DNA of 16,289 bases. Source: Ginkgo biloba (Eukaryota; Plantae; Ginkgophyta). The stretch covers positions 29,797,317 to 29,813,605 of the forward strand of contig JANKJI020000002.1 of NCBI GenBank assembly GCA_024626585.2, read 5' to 3'. The position numbers and the translations under genes are program-made. Positions 1 through 9,126 of this stretch are shown one piece after another (positions within the stretch are counted from its first letter, which is position 1; each line of letters begins with the position of its first letter). The notes under the pieces are model-generated. The model was not told where the DNA came from and did no database searches. It saw only the letters and a list, made by a program, of their open reading frames with translations.

Positions 1-1528
1 AGTGATCTTGTGTCTTCGATGGGATAAGAGGTTCCTTACAAAGTAGGAGTTAGTATTGCATAAATGATCTTGTGTGCTATTTTGCAAATTTTTTGAGTAT
101 AAAGAGCTAAAAGGGGGATTAGATGAACTCCACTATCATCTAGGAAAATCCCTTGTCTTTTCCTCATCAAATTTCTTGTTATTATTGTAGAATTTTCTAA
201 TGATACTAAGAAGAGGCATTTCAACCTTTGTTAACTTGTACTACAATGAGGGGAGATAGGAAATGAATGACTCGGCAAGAGCTCAAACAAACTATGGGCT
301 CATGAGCAATAACCAAATAGTACTTGATAGGGCCATCAAAGTTTTTCCTAACTCTCTCATACCAAAGTTAAGCATCCGACATTGCACACAATGGCAGAAA
401 GACAGGGTTTGGAACCTCTCCAAGGATACTTGAGATAATCCAATTTTCATAGGTATTGCATGCTCATCTCTAAGGAATACACCTCTGAGAGATTCAATAA
501 GTTGAGGGAAATTTAACAACTCCCCCTCCTTTGGTCCTAAAGATTTCAAAGAATGTGGCAAGCCACAATCACTCCCAAAATAATTTCCTAGTTTAGTCTA
601 TCATCCAATATGGCTTAAACACTAGAGTAGGACTTACAAGAAAAGGCATTGCCTATAATAATTGCCCTTTTCACAACAAGGATGGAGCCATTATGTGTCT
701 TTTTGGTAGTGCCCATGGGCTTAAAGAGTTTGGAAGTGGGTTCAAGTGTTTGTTTAGAGTGCCTCCAGTTATAAATCAGGTTGGCCTGTTGCACTACTCA
801 AGGACAGAAGGCCTTGGTCTCTTGCCCGGAAGTTATTTGCCAACTGCTCATGGTGAAATGTAATTCTTCATTTGAAAATGAAATTATTTTTGATGTTGAT
901 ACTCCCCCTTGTTTGATGACCAACCACGATTGCATTGCCATCTTAGCCAATTGTTCATTACAGATCCTGTCCCAAGCACACAATGTCCAAATGGAAGTGA
1001 CCTATCTTATTGAGCTTATTGACCATTGGGGCAATGCCCCCTATACTGTCAATAAGGTACCACATAATGCAAATAAGGCCTCTAGACATAGAAACAAGTG
1101 TCGCAGAAAGCTCGAGCCTTAGCAAAGAAAGGCCACCCCTCTAAAGGCGGGGTGGGGCACGAGGAGGAGTCAATGATGAATTTCCTTCAGTGCCTCACCA
1201 TCTCTGAAACCTATGAGCTCCAATAGTGTAGAAACGGTTGGGGCAAACCCCATTATGTTAAGCCTTAAAACAAGGTTTCTAGTTGGGTTCATGATCTGGA
1301 AGGGGGCTGGGGCAGCCCTAGTTGTTTAATTGTTTTTTATTGTTTCATGCATGCATTTGTGTGTGTGTGTGTGTGTGTGTGATTGGCCATGAGAAGACTT
1401 AGGGCTTGACATTTCCCTCATCTAGGGGACTTGATCATTGGGGTGTGCCACCTTGTCGCCCATTTTTCCTATGAAATATATATAATAGTTTCCATCTAAT
1501 AAAATCATCTTTTTCAACAAAAGAAAGT
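1..1528 (+). mobile_element. Degenerate L1-clade LINE, 3' portion (ORF2 zf-RVT region and 3' UTR), antisense in the RRM gene intron
   Basis: Frameshifted translation of about 541-745 gives RFQRMWQATITPKIIS / IIQYGLNTRVGLTRKGIAYNNCPFHNKD / FW*CPWA*RVWKWVQ, the zf-RVT pattern (W..PKI..W..L.T..L..G..CP.C..HLF..CP.A..VW). VICQLLMVKCNSSFENE follows as a decayed W..RN..IF motif. AATAAA at 1498-1503 and an A-rich tail at 1515-1528. The 5' boundary is not seen. Confidence 0.72.
1358..1381 (+). repeat. (TG)12 microsatellite
   Basis: Directly visible; lies within the presumed LINE 3' UTR. Confidence 0.97.
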
Positions 1529-1954
1529 ATTGAATTGACAATAATCAAGTATTGAGCTAACTACAAGAAAGTACATAGACAACCATAGTTAAGATCAGAT
1601 TTCAAATTGATTATGTTATCATTTTTGGACAGATACAGATTAATGCTCATTCTTTTATAGATATAACATAATTTTACAGTTTGTGTCATTCAAGTACCAA
1701 CCTATGACCCACACATTACAATAAATAATCTTAAATTATCTCTCTTAATCAACCACTTCAACAACCCAATTTAAGTTTGATCACATTAGATCTATTAGAC
1801 ACACCTATCAGACTATATCAGTATTATAATATAGGCAATTAACAAGACCCTCTACAGAACACTGACTAGTTTTGAAATCAACACTGAACCCAATGTTGAA
1901 TTCTGCACGTTATGTTCTGCCTCCATATTGGCTTCTTCCTCTTCAATCTGCTCA

Positions 1955-2437
1955 ACAGAATAATCATTGAGAGAAGATCCGAAGATCAGAACCTCTTAAG
2001 AAGGCTCCTGAAGGGATCTTGAGGCGAGGTGAGTTTTCAAATTGAACCAGGACCCACATAGAAGTAGAATCTGGAGCAAAATATGCACAAGGAAGGTTGC
2101 CCATAGCTTCAGGATCCTGTTGAACAACAGCAACCCCTCTCCAGGTCTTGGTTTGAATCGCACTATGGGTTCTATTTATTAAAGCAATGGACCTTGGAAT
2201 TCCACAAACGTAAAGGCCTCCCTCCAAGCTCTCAACTTCTTCTGGGCCTCTCCCAGAACCTTTTTGGCTCCAAGCTGAACAAACAAGGGAATGAGACAAA
2301 CCCTGGGGACCCATAATACTAGTTTTCATGCTATCCAAGGGGAACCTTACATTCTCAATAGCAGTCACCTGGGCATTGTCTCTCATGGGGTCCATATCTT
2401 TTAGGACCATTCGGAGAAAAGACTCTTCTTCCTTCAC
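1955..2437 (-). pseudogene. Stop-free 157-codon fragment, possibly a LINE ORF1 C-terminus with the ORF1/ORF2 junction
   Basis: ORF 2437-1964 lies in a more GC-rich block. Its TGA overlaps an ATG (caATGA) that starts M-I-I-L, like plant L1 ORF2 starts (M.ILSWN.RG), but the similarity stops after four residues. No diagnostic domain recognised. Confidence 0.3.
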
Positions 2438-2485
2438 TTCATTGTCTCTTGATCAATTGAATGAGTACCCATTCCAAGAGCTCTG

Positions 2486-2695
2486 CTCTATTATTCTTTA
2501 CAAGAAATTTTTTGACTCCTTTTGGCAACATCTTGTAATGGCTAACTCATCGAGGTATTTTTTAGTCTACACCAACAATCATATTTTATTGTTGCAGCAA
2601 ATATGAGCAGTTCACCTCTATTATTCTTTGTAAAAACTTTTTTACTCCTTCAGGCAACATTTTGCAATGGCTAACTCATAGACTCATAGAGGTAT
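2486..2695 (+). repeat. Imperfect direct repeat of about 73 bp (2486-2558 and 2616-2695), period 130 bp
   Basis: CTCTATTATTCTTT...ACTCCTT..GGCAACAT.TTG.AATGGCTAACTCAT..GAGGTAT occurs twice. The second copy has an internal ACTCATAG duplication. Confidence 0.9.
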
Positions 2696-4579
2696 GACAA
2701 CACACTTTACATCATATTTGGTTTTCTTCTGCTGAATGAAATATAATTTACAGTGATCCCTTTCACAAGAAACCACAAAATTTTTACACTGCATGTGGAT
2801 CCCGCTACCAAAGGCAAAATAAGCAGAGTCTGTTGTGCACACAAAAAAAAAGTATCTTTCAAGAATTGGCCATACTCCATTGACAATCTGGGAGAGATCA
2901 CAAAGAATGAAAGAAGAAATACTGAAAGCTTTCCTGGCAGTCCAAAATGACAAATTGTAATGTTTATCCCTCCATTGAAAAGAAAAATTTATACAGCTCA
3001 ACCTCATCAAGCATTTGCAGGTGAACTTTGCCAAAAACTGATGATGTAGAAAAAAATCCTCAGATCCCAGTTGATGCTGAGTATTGCCTCTGGGGAATTT
3101 CTAATGGTCAAAGGAAAATGGATCCAGAGCTCACTGACATTTCTTCTGTCAGGGGCTTTTGCGTTAATACAGAAAATGTGGTGTACAGATTTCAATTCAG
3201 TGGGAAGAGATAAGGGTCTATTGGAGTAGCAACAGTCAAAGCAATTCTCGAAAACAATCAAGGGAAGGGCTAGCAGATAAACATGTGGAAATTAGAGAAG
3301 GGCAAGGAGGGGAGTTGTAATCTAATACATAGAGTATATCATAGATGCCAAGTTCCATAATAATATTTAATTATAATAAAAAAGGGAGCCTCATCTAAGA
3401 TTTCCCTGTCCCCAATCCTCTCCCTCCATTAATCCTATCCTTAGCCCAATGGCTCTTCTTGCAAGGATACTTCTTTCCCAAAAGCTGTTTCGATGGAGAT
3501 CTTCATAGACAACACCACAGAAAACATAGAAGAGATAAAATAGGAGAACATATCCAGCCAACTAAGTGCGCTCACAGAGAATAGATAAGAAAAGAGCTAC
3601 CAACCTAGTTCATGTGCCATAGGTTAGAAGTGCACTCATAAGGAAAAATAGAATGAAACAAGCCACAACCAATAGAATAGGAAAGATCATCTAGCTTTTA
3701 AGAACATGAAGGGCTCAAAGAAACATGACTCTGCACAAAGTCGATCCATCCTTGCATAGGCTTTTGAGACTCAACATACAACATAAACAGAATCCCCATT
3801 GAACAAGCTCCCTTTCTAATATTCTAATATGGTATGCAATGATAAAGGGTTTCTCTAAATAGTCAGTATGTTTTTCCATCCCTTGAAATGGGCATTTATG
3901 TATTTGACTATACTAAGTGACTTTCAAGAATTCCATTAACATATTTGCCTCCCACTTACTACACAACTAAATCTTCCGGAAAGTTACCCATGTACATTAG
4001 AAGATTCTACAAGTTTTCCATTACCCCTTTTCTATGGGAGTTAGGCCTACCTAGCCTTTCACCTGTTGATTCTCTCTGATTAATAAAAAGAATAGAAAAC
4101 ATACCCTAAGAAGTTACAAACTAAGGGTTACAGTCCCAAACATACCCTTAAAAGTAAAATATCTGTCCAATCAATAATCTGGACATATCATTTTGCTGTT
4201 CTTTTCAACTCATGGACATACATGTAAATTATAAGAAATGGGATCTTAACAGACACATTGAAAGACCACTCCAAAATACATGTAATCATCTAATGATACA
4301 TGTGGTGTCAATGGAAAGAGCAGCTAAAGTAAACTTTTGACATTTCAATGATTTAAATATCCAACTTTAGCACGGTAAGCAATAAACATTAACATTTGCA
4401 AATGCAAAGCACCCACTGTGCAGGCAATTAAAAAGGTTGACCCAAGCAAACAAAAACACTCTGCTTTACTTAATACCATGAAAAGGCAACTGAACCTAAA
4501 GAGTAAAAGTAATAACTCTTCGAAACAAAAACCAAGGCATTATGGCCTGATGAGATATGTTTATGCCTTCAGAACTTAC

Positions 4580-5097
4580 CATCAAGCAATACACAAATCC
4601 GCTGCCATAGAAATTATGACAGGCCAGACAGTAATGATCATAAACAATAAAGCTTGAAAAACAAGGTCAGCAGCCCAAGTTCCCCTGAAATATTGGCATC
4701 TTCACAATTTCTGGTAATGCAGTGCATATTCCCTTCGAGATCAGTCAAGGAATGAATGACCAGCGACCAATCTGATCAACCTAATAGCTCATCAGGGTTT
4801 CGCCAATGATAACACTGCTGCACTTGTCAAGTCAAGAGTCATATCCAAAGAATGAATGTCTGCAATAGAAATATAGAGCGTGTATCCAGGAAAGTCCAGG
4901 ACTACCACTGATCGAATAAGATAAGCCACATGATGCCGAACTAAAAGCAATAGCAGAGCAAACAAACTGCTGGTGATAATCAATAGCTCTTATGGAGCAG
5001 AATATGTATTCGTGTCAAATTCATGTGTAGAAGTCCGGATTGCTTGGATAAGGGTATATGACGAAGCAAATCTGGAATATGCATATCTGGACAGAGC
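4580..5097 (-). other. Candidate alternative (poison) cassette exon with premature stop, inside the RRM-splitting intron
   Basis: Acceptor TTATCTTTAG|G after a 163-nt U-rich intron (5260-5098), and consensus donor ATG|GTAAGT (4579-4574). Spliced in frame it adds 35 aa, then TAA at 4992-4990. A second acceptor TTTCTATTGCAG|4859 also gives a stop (TGA 4841-4839). Confidence 0.5.
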
Positions 5098-5260
5098 CTA
5101 AAGATAACCAGAAAAGATTTTAAAAATAAAAATAAGAGATTTTCTAGTGCAGGCAAAAGCATAACATTATTTTACATCAGCAACCAGGAACTGGTAAACA
5201 ATTACAAAACCATCACAGAAAACAGCACCAAAAAGAACATGGATGGAGTTCAAATACAAC

Positions 5261-5371
5261 CTTTACAGCAATAACAGTGCCATACACCTCTAAGGCTCTC
5301 CGAACAGAATCTTCAGTAGAATCATATGGAAGGCCACCAACATATACTGAGTTTTCATCATCAACAGTCAT
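5261..5371 (-). CDS. First coding exon of an RRM (RNA recognition motif) RNA-binding protein; from memory it resembles the plant At5g19960-type RRM family
   Basis: Manual translation from ATG 5371 gives MTVDDENSVYVGGLPYDSTEDSVRRALEVYGTVIAVK (37 codons, no stops): RNP2 hexamer VYVGGL, helix 1 and beta 2 of an RRM. It ends at a phase-0 donor AAG|GTTGTA (GT at 5260-5259). No RNP1-coding exon (K-x-YGFV-x-F) was found in 1-5260, so the gene continues past the window. The family assignment is recall, not a database search. Confidence 0.9.
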
Positions 5372-5902
5372 CTTTTCTAATTATCTGAATGCTTCACAGT
5401 TATTTGAAAAAAATGGTCACTTCAAACTTGAACCAGATGAAGCATTTGAAGAAGATGAATAGTATAAAAGTGACTTGATGTCTCTGAAGGCCTCGAGACT
5501 CCACAAGATAGCAACCAAGGTAGAGGTATTCCTGTGTAAGGACCTATTCGTCAATGCGATGAAGTTCTGCAGGANNNNNNNNNNNNNNNNNNNNNNNNNN
5601 NNNNNNNNNNNNNNNNNNNNNNNNNNNNNNNNNNNNNNNNNNNNNNNNNNNNNNNNNNNNNNNNNNNNNNNNNNGAAAACTGCCGATATAAGAAGAATTC
5701 CAAAGGTCCCAAAATTGTCTTTGAGTGAAATAGAAAATAATAAAGTTCCCCAAAATAATTAGATGTCTCCACTCATAGAACTTTACATCTAGAAAAAGCC
5801 ATTACTAATAAGACCATCCCATTTCTCTGTACTGTGCTTCTCCTGATCTAGGGACTCTCTAATCCAAGTTTGAAAAAATGCAGTCCAATTTGCCCACAAT
5901 AC
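5372..5902 (-). other. 5' UTR exonic sequence of the RRM gene (contains a 100-N gap; may be more than one exon)
   Basis: Strong acceptor GCTAACTGATGTGTTTTGTGTGCAG|G (CTAAC branch point, AG at 5904-5903). Stops in all three frames show it is non-coding. Alternative acceptors are possible at CTGCAG|5566 and TTCAG|5384. Confidence 0.6.
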
Positions 5903-6251
5903 CTGCACACAAAACACATCAGTTAGCTTATCATAAGCAAACAGGAAACACGGTCAGATCACAATGCCCATAAAGACTGAAATTCCTCACTGCCAAGTGC
6001 ACCCACCTTTAGAGTTAATGTCTATGTTGTGTGCTAAAGCTCAAATTGCCAATTTCCACAGACAAAATATAATGCAAGATAAATATCAAACATTAATATT
6101 CAAAAGCATCCTATATAAAGTGCAGGACAAGACAGAAGCAATTGGCAAATAAGTTAATGGGAAACAGTACATAACCGCCATGAATTTATTGGGCTAGGTT
6201 ATTAGTGCAGGTTGCGATCAGTTCTATTGCAACTGAACACACACACATATA

Positions 6252-6309
6252 TGTATAATAGAAATCGTCATCCTTGATAGTTTAATGTATAACAAAAATC
6301 ATCATCCTT
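6252..6309 (+). repeat. Short imperfect tandem duplication (24-bp core, period 34) just after the integrase end
   Basis: TGTATAATAGAAATCGTCATCCTT versus TGTATAACAAAAATCATCATCCTT. Confidence 0.75.
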
Positions 6310-6318
6310 CATTATATG

Positions 6319-8100
6319 GTGATATGACTTGAGTCAGCTATTGTTGGCCAATTTAGGAAGGAGTTTCCCATTTAGCTGTCGTAGTTGTACCGACCCATTA
6401 CCATTCATTTCTGTTATCTTATAGGGTCTCACCCATCGAACTTTCAATTTTCCTGGCTTCGTGAGAAACTTGCTATCATAAAGGACCAAATCTCCATCCT
6501 TGAATTCTAGATGCTCAATGTGCCTGTCATGCCAAGCATTCCACCTCTATTGGCTTGCTTCCGTTGCAATGAATGATAGCTCTTTTCTCATCCAATCACA
6601 TGAATATGTGCAGGTGAATTTTATGAGATTCGATGCTTGATCACAATGCACGGGCTAGGAAGTACAAACTCAAAACATACAATGGCTTCCCGTCCATACA
6701 TCAATTCAAATGGAGTAAACTTATTTACATGTGTGGATGTGGTACAATCTAAGCACAAGGCAGTATGTAGTTTTTCACCCAATCATTTTGACCAGTATTG
6801 CAAATCTTTTTTAGTACTAGTTTCAAGGTTTTATTTGTAAATTTTGCTAAGCCGTTTCCACATGGNNNNNNNNNNNNNNNNNNNNNNNNNNNNNNNNNNN
6901 NNNNNNNNNNNNNNNNNNNNNNNNNNNNNNNNNNNNNNNNNNNNNNNNNNNNNNNNNNNNNNNNNNNNNNNNNNNNNNNNNNNNNNNNNNNNNNNNNNNN
7001 NNNNNNNNNNNNNNNNNNNNNNNNNNNNNNNNNNNNNNNNNNNNNNNNNNNNNNNNNNNNNNNNNNNNNNNNNNNNNNNNNNNNATGTACCAAGCTTGAG
7101 TTCAACGTGCCAAAGGACTAACTAGGTCAACAAAGTCCCAACCTCATTTCTCTAACAAACATTGACCCAATATTAGATGTAAGGGTTGATGACATATGGC
7201 CCTCGGTTTGCCTACTTGTTGGCAAGCATCGCAATTTTTGACCCAATCTTGCACAACCTTGAACAATGAGGGCCACCAAAGTCCAACTAACAAGATCTTA
7301 TGCGTGGTACCTTTGCTTCCCATGTAACCACCAACTGCTCCTTCATGTGCTTCCCTTAATATTAAAGGAACTTCATGTTCAATTACACATTGCCACAACA
7401 CATAATCCATTTTGAACCAATAGAGCACTCCATCAATGAGTTAATAAGGTTCGGCTCATCTGGCTAGGTTTCTTTTTTCAATTCACCCTAACCCAAGGCA
7501 TTTATCCTACTGCAAGGTATTGTACAATCTCTCCATACCAATTTGGAATAATTGCTACATGAATTAATTCTGCACTAGGGAAGTCATCAAAAATGTCTAT
7601 GACTTCTTCCCCTAAATCAATTCGAGAAACTTGGTCTAGAACATTATGATGCGCCCCCATATTTACAACAACTATAAAATTAAATTCTTGAAACAATAAC
7701 AACCAACAATTAATCCTCCCTTGTAATATTAGCTTATTGATCAAGTATAGTAACACCTAGTAGTCTACATAGAATGCAAAATGGTTGGCTAGCAAGTAGT
7801 GGCAAAATTTTTGAAGGGAATAAACCATTTCTAATCCTTCTCTTTCAATCATCGTGTAATTGCATTGTGCAAACTAATTTGTAGCTTGCGAAATAGATAG
7901 GGTGATCATTGTTTTCTTCACTAGGTTATGTGACCACACTTCCAATGGCAATCAAAGAGGCATTCACATGAATGTTAAATTCTTTGTTCCAATTCATGTA
8001 CTACAAGATGGGTGCGCTGGCAATTTTGTTCTTAAGTGTTTCGAATGCGAGTGATATTCTAAGGTCCAAGTAGAAGTGGAATCCTTCTAGTAATACAAAT
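6319..8100 (-). mobile_element. Ty3/gypsy non-chromovirus (Athila/Tat/Phygy-like) pol remnant: RT end, RNase H, integrase; pseudogenised
   Basis: RT end/RNase H: AFETLKNKIASAPIL, EFNIHVNASLIAIG, DHPIYFAS, EREGLEMVYSLQKFCHYLL, GRINCWLLLFQEFNF. Integrase zinc finger: AHEG..GGY...WWPSLFK...CDACQ. Core: WDFV, NGLAKFTNKTLK, TPFELMYGREA. GPY/F-type end FKDGDLVLYDSKFLTKPGKLKVRWVRPY...LKSY with no chromodomain. Many stops and frameshifts; a 219-N gap lies inside the core. Confidence 0.92.
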
Positions 8101-8940
8101 NNNNNNNNNNNNNNNNNNNNNNNNNNNNNNNNNNNNNNNNNNNNNNNNNNNNNNNNNNNNNNNNNNNNNNNNNNNNNNNNNNNNNNNNNNNNNNNNNNNN
8201 NNNNNNNNNNNNNNNNNNNNNNNNNNNNNNNNNNNNNNNNNNNNNNNNNNNNNNNNNNNNNNNNNNNNNNNNNNNNNNNNNNNNNNNNNNNNNNNNNNNN
8301 NNNNNNNNNNNNNNNNNNNNNNNNNNNNNNNNNNNNNNNNNNNNNNNNNNNNNNNNNNNNNNNNNNNNNNNNNNNNNNNNNNNNNNNNNNNNNNNNNNNN
8401 NNNNNNNNNNNNNNNNNNNNNNNNNNNNNNNNNNNNNNNNNNNNNNNNNNNNNNNNNNNNNNNNNNNNNNNNNNNNNNNNNNNNNNNNNNNNNNNNNNNN
8501 NNNNNNNNNNNNNNNNNNNNNNNNNNNNNNNNNNNNNNNNNNNNNNNNNNNNNNNNNNNNNNNNNNNNNNNNNNNNNNNNNNNNNNNNNNNNNNNNNNNN
8601 NNNNNNNNNNNNNNNNNNNNNNNNNNNNNNNNNNNNNNNNNNNNNNNNNNNNNNNNNNNNNNNNNNNNNNNNNNNNNNNNNNNNNNNNNNNNNNNNNNNN
8701 NNNNNNNNNNNNNNNNNNNNNNNNNNNNNNNNNNNNNNNNNNNNNNNNNNNNNNNNNNNNNNNNNNNNNNNNNNNNNNNNNNNNNNNNNNNNNNNNNNNN
8801 NNNNNNNNNNNNNNNNNNNNNNNNNNNNNNNNNNNNNNNNNNNNNNNNNNNNNNNNNNNNNNNNNNNNNNNNNNNNNNNNNNNNNNNNNNNNNNNNNNNN
8901 NNNNNNNNNNNNNNNNNNNNNNNNNNNNNNNNNNNNNNNN
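8101..8940. other. Assembly gap of 840 N; other gaps at 5575-5674, 6866-7084, 12194-12293, 13705-13804 and 15038-15137
   Basis: N runs. The four 100-N gaps are probably placeholders of unknown true size. Confidence 0.99.
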
Positions 8941-9076
8941 TGAATCTTGACTTCTTTCCCTTTCTCCCCAAACTTGAAATATAGCTCATCCATATTGATA
9001 GCTATTTCACCTAGAGTTTGGATCCATTGTAGCCCCAACACTATATCAGTTGCTCTAACAATGACAACATGAAAAT
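8941..9076 (-). mobile_element. Second, diverged copy of the chromovirus protease C-terminal segment, running into the gap
   Basis: YFHVVIVRATDIVLGLQWIQTLGEIAINMDELYFKFGEKGKEVKI aligns with 9587-9711: about 17 mismatches over 120 aligned nt by hand count, plus an 11-nt indel. Confidence 0.9.
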
Positions 9077-9126
9077 AAGACTCATCATTTTTCCTTAATC
9101 CAATAACTCTGACATTCGTCGGTTCC

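Noticed and set aside
292-561. Minus-strand NFDG motif suggesting a LINE RNase H
   Set aside because: No supporting context; the zf-RVT motifs and A-rich tail place the LINE on the plus strand.
3316-4132. Possible LTR TGTAA...TTACA after a purine tract
   Set aside because: No second copy, PBS, TSD or pol sequence supports it; kept only as part of a low-interest finding.
4741-4794. C/D-box snoRNA-like TGATGA...CTGA on the minus strand
   Set aside because: Only 54 nt, box C lacks the preceding purine, there is no adjacent terminal stem, and I recognise no rRNA or snRNA guide.
5277-5762. Plus-strand ORFs 5277-5462 and 5475-5762
   Set aside because: Antisense shadows of the RRM exon and its leader; no domain recognised.
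6211-6233. Small GTTGC/GCAAC hairpin, similar to one near 12151-12172, considered as TIRs or a Helitron end
   Set aside because: Stems are short, there is no TSD or CTRR terminus, and similarity is limited to about 9 bp.
8001-9041. 346-aa and 300-aa ORFs in the track, and other X-rich ORFs
   Set aside because: Artefacts of reading through N gaps; the two ends belong to different retroelement lineages.
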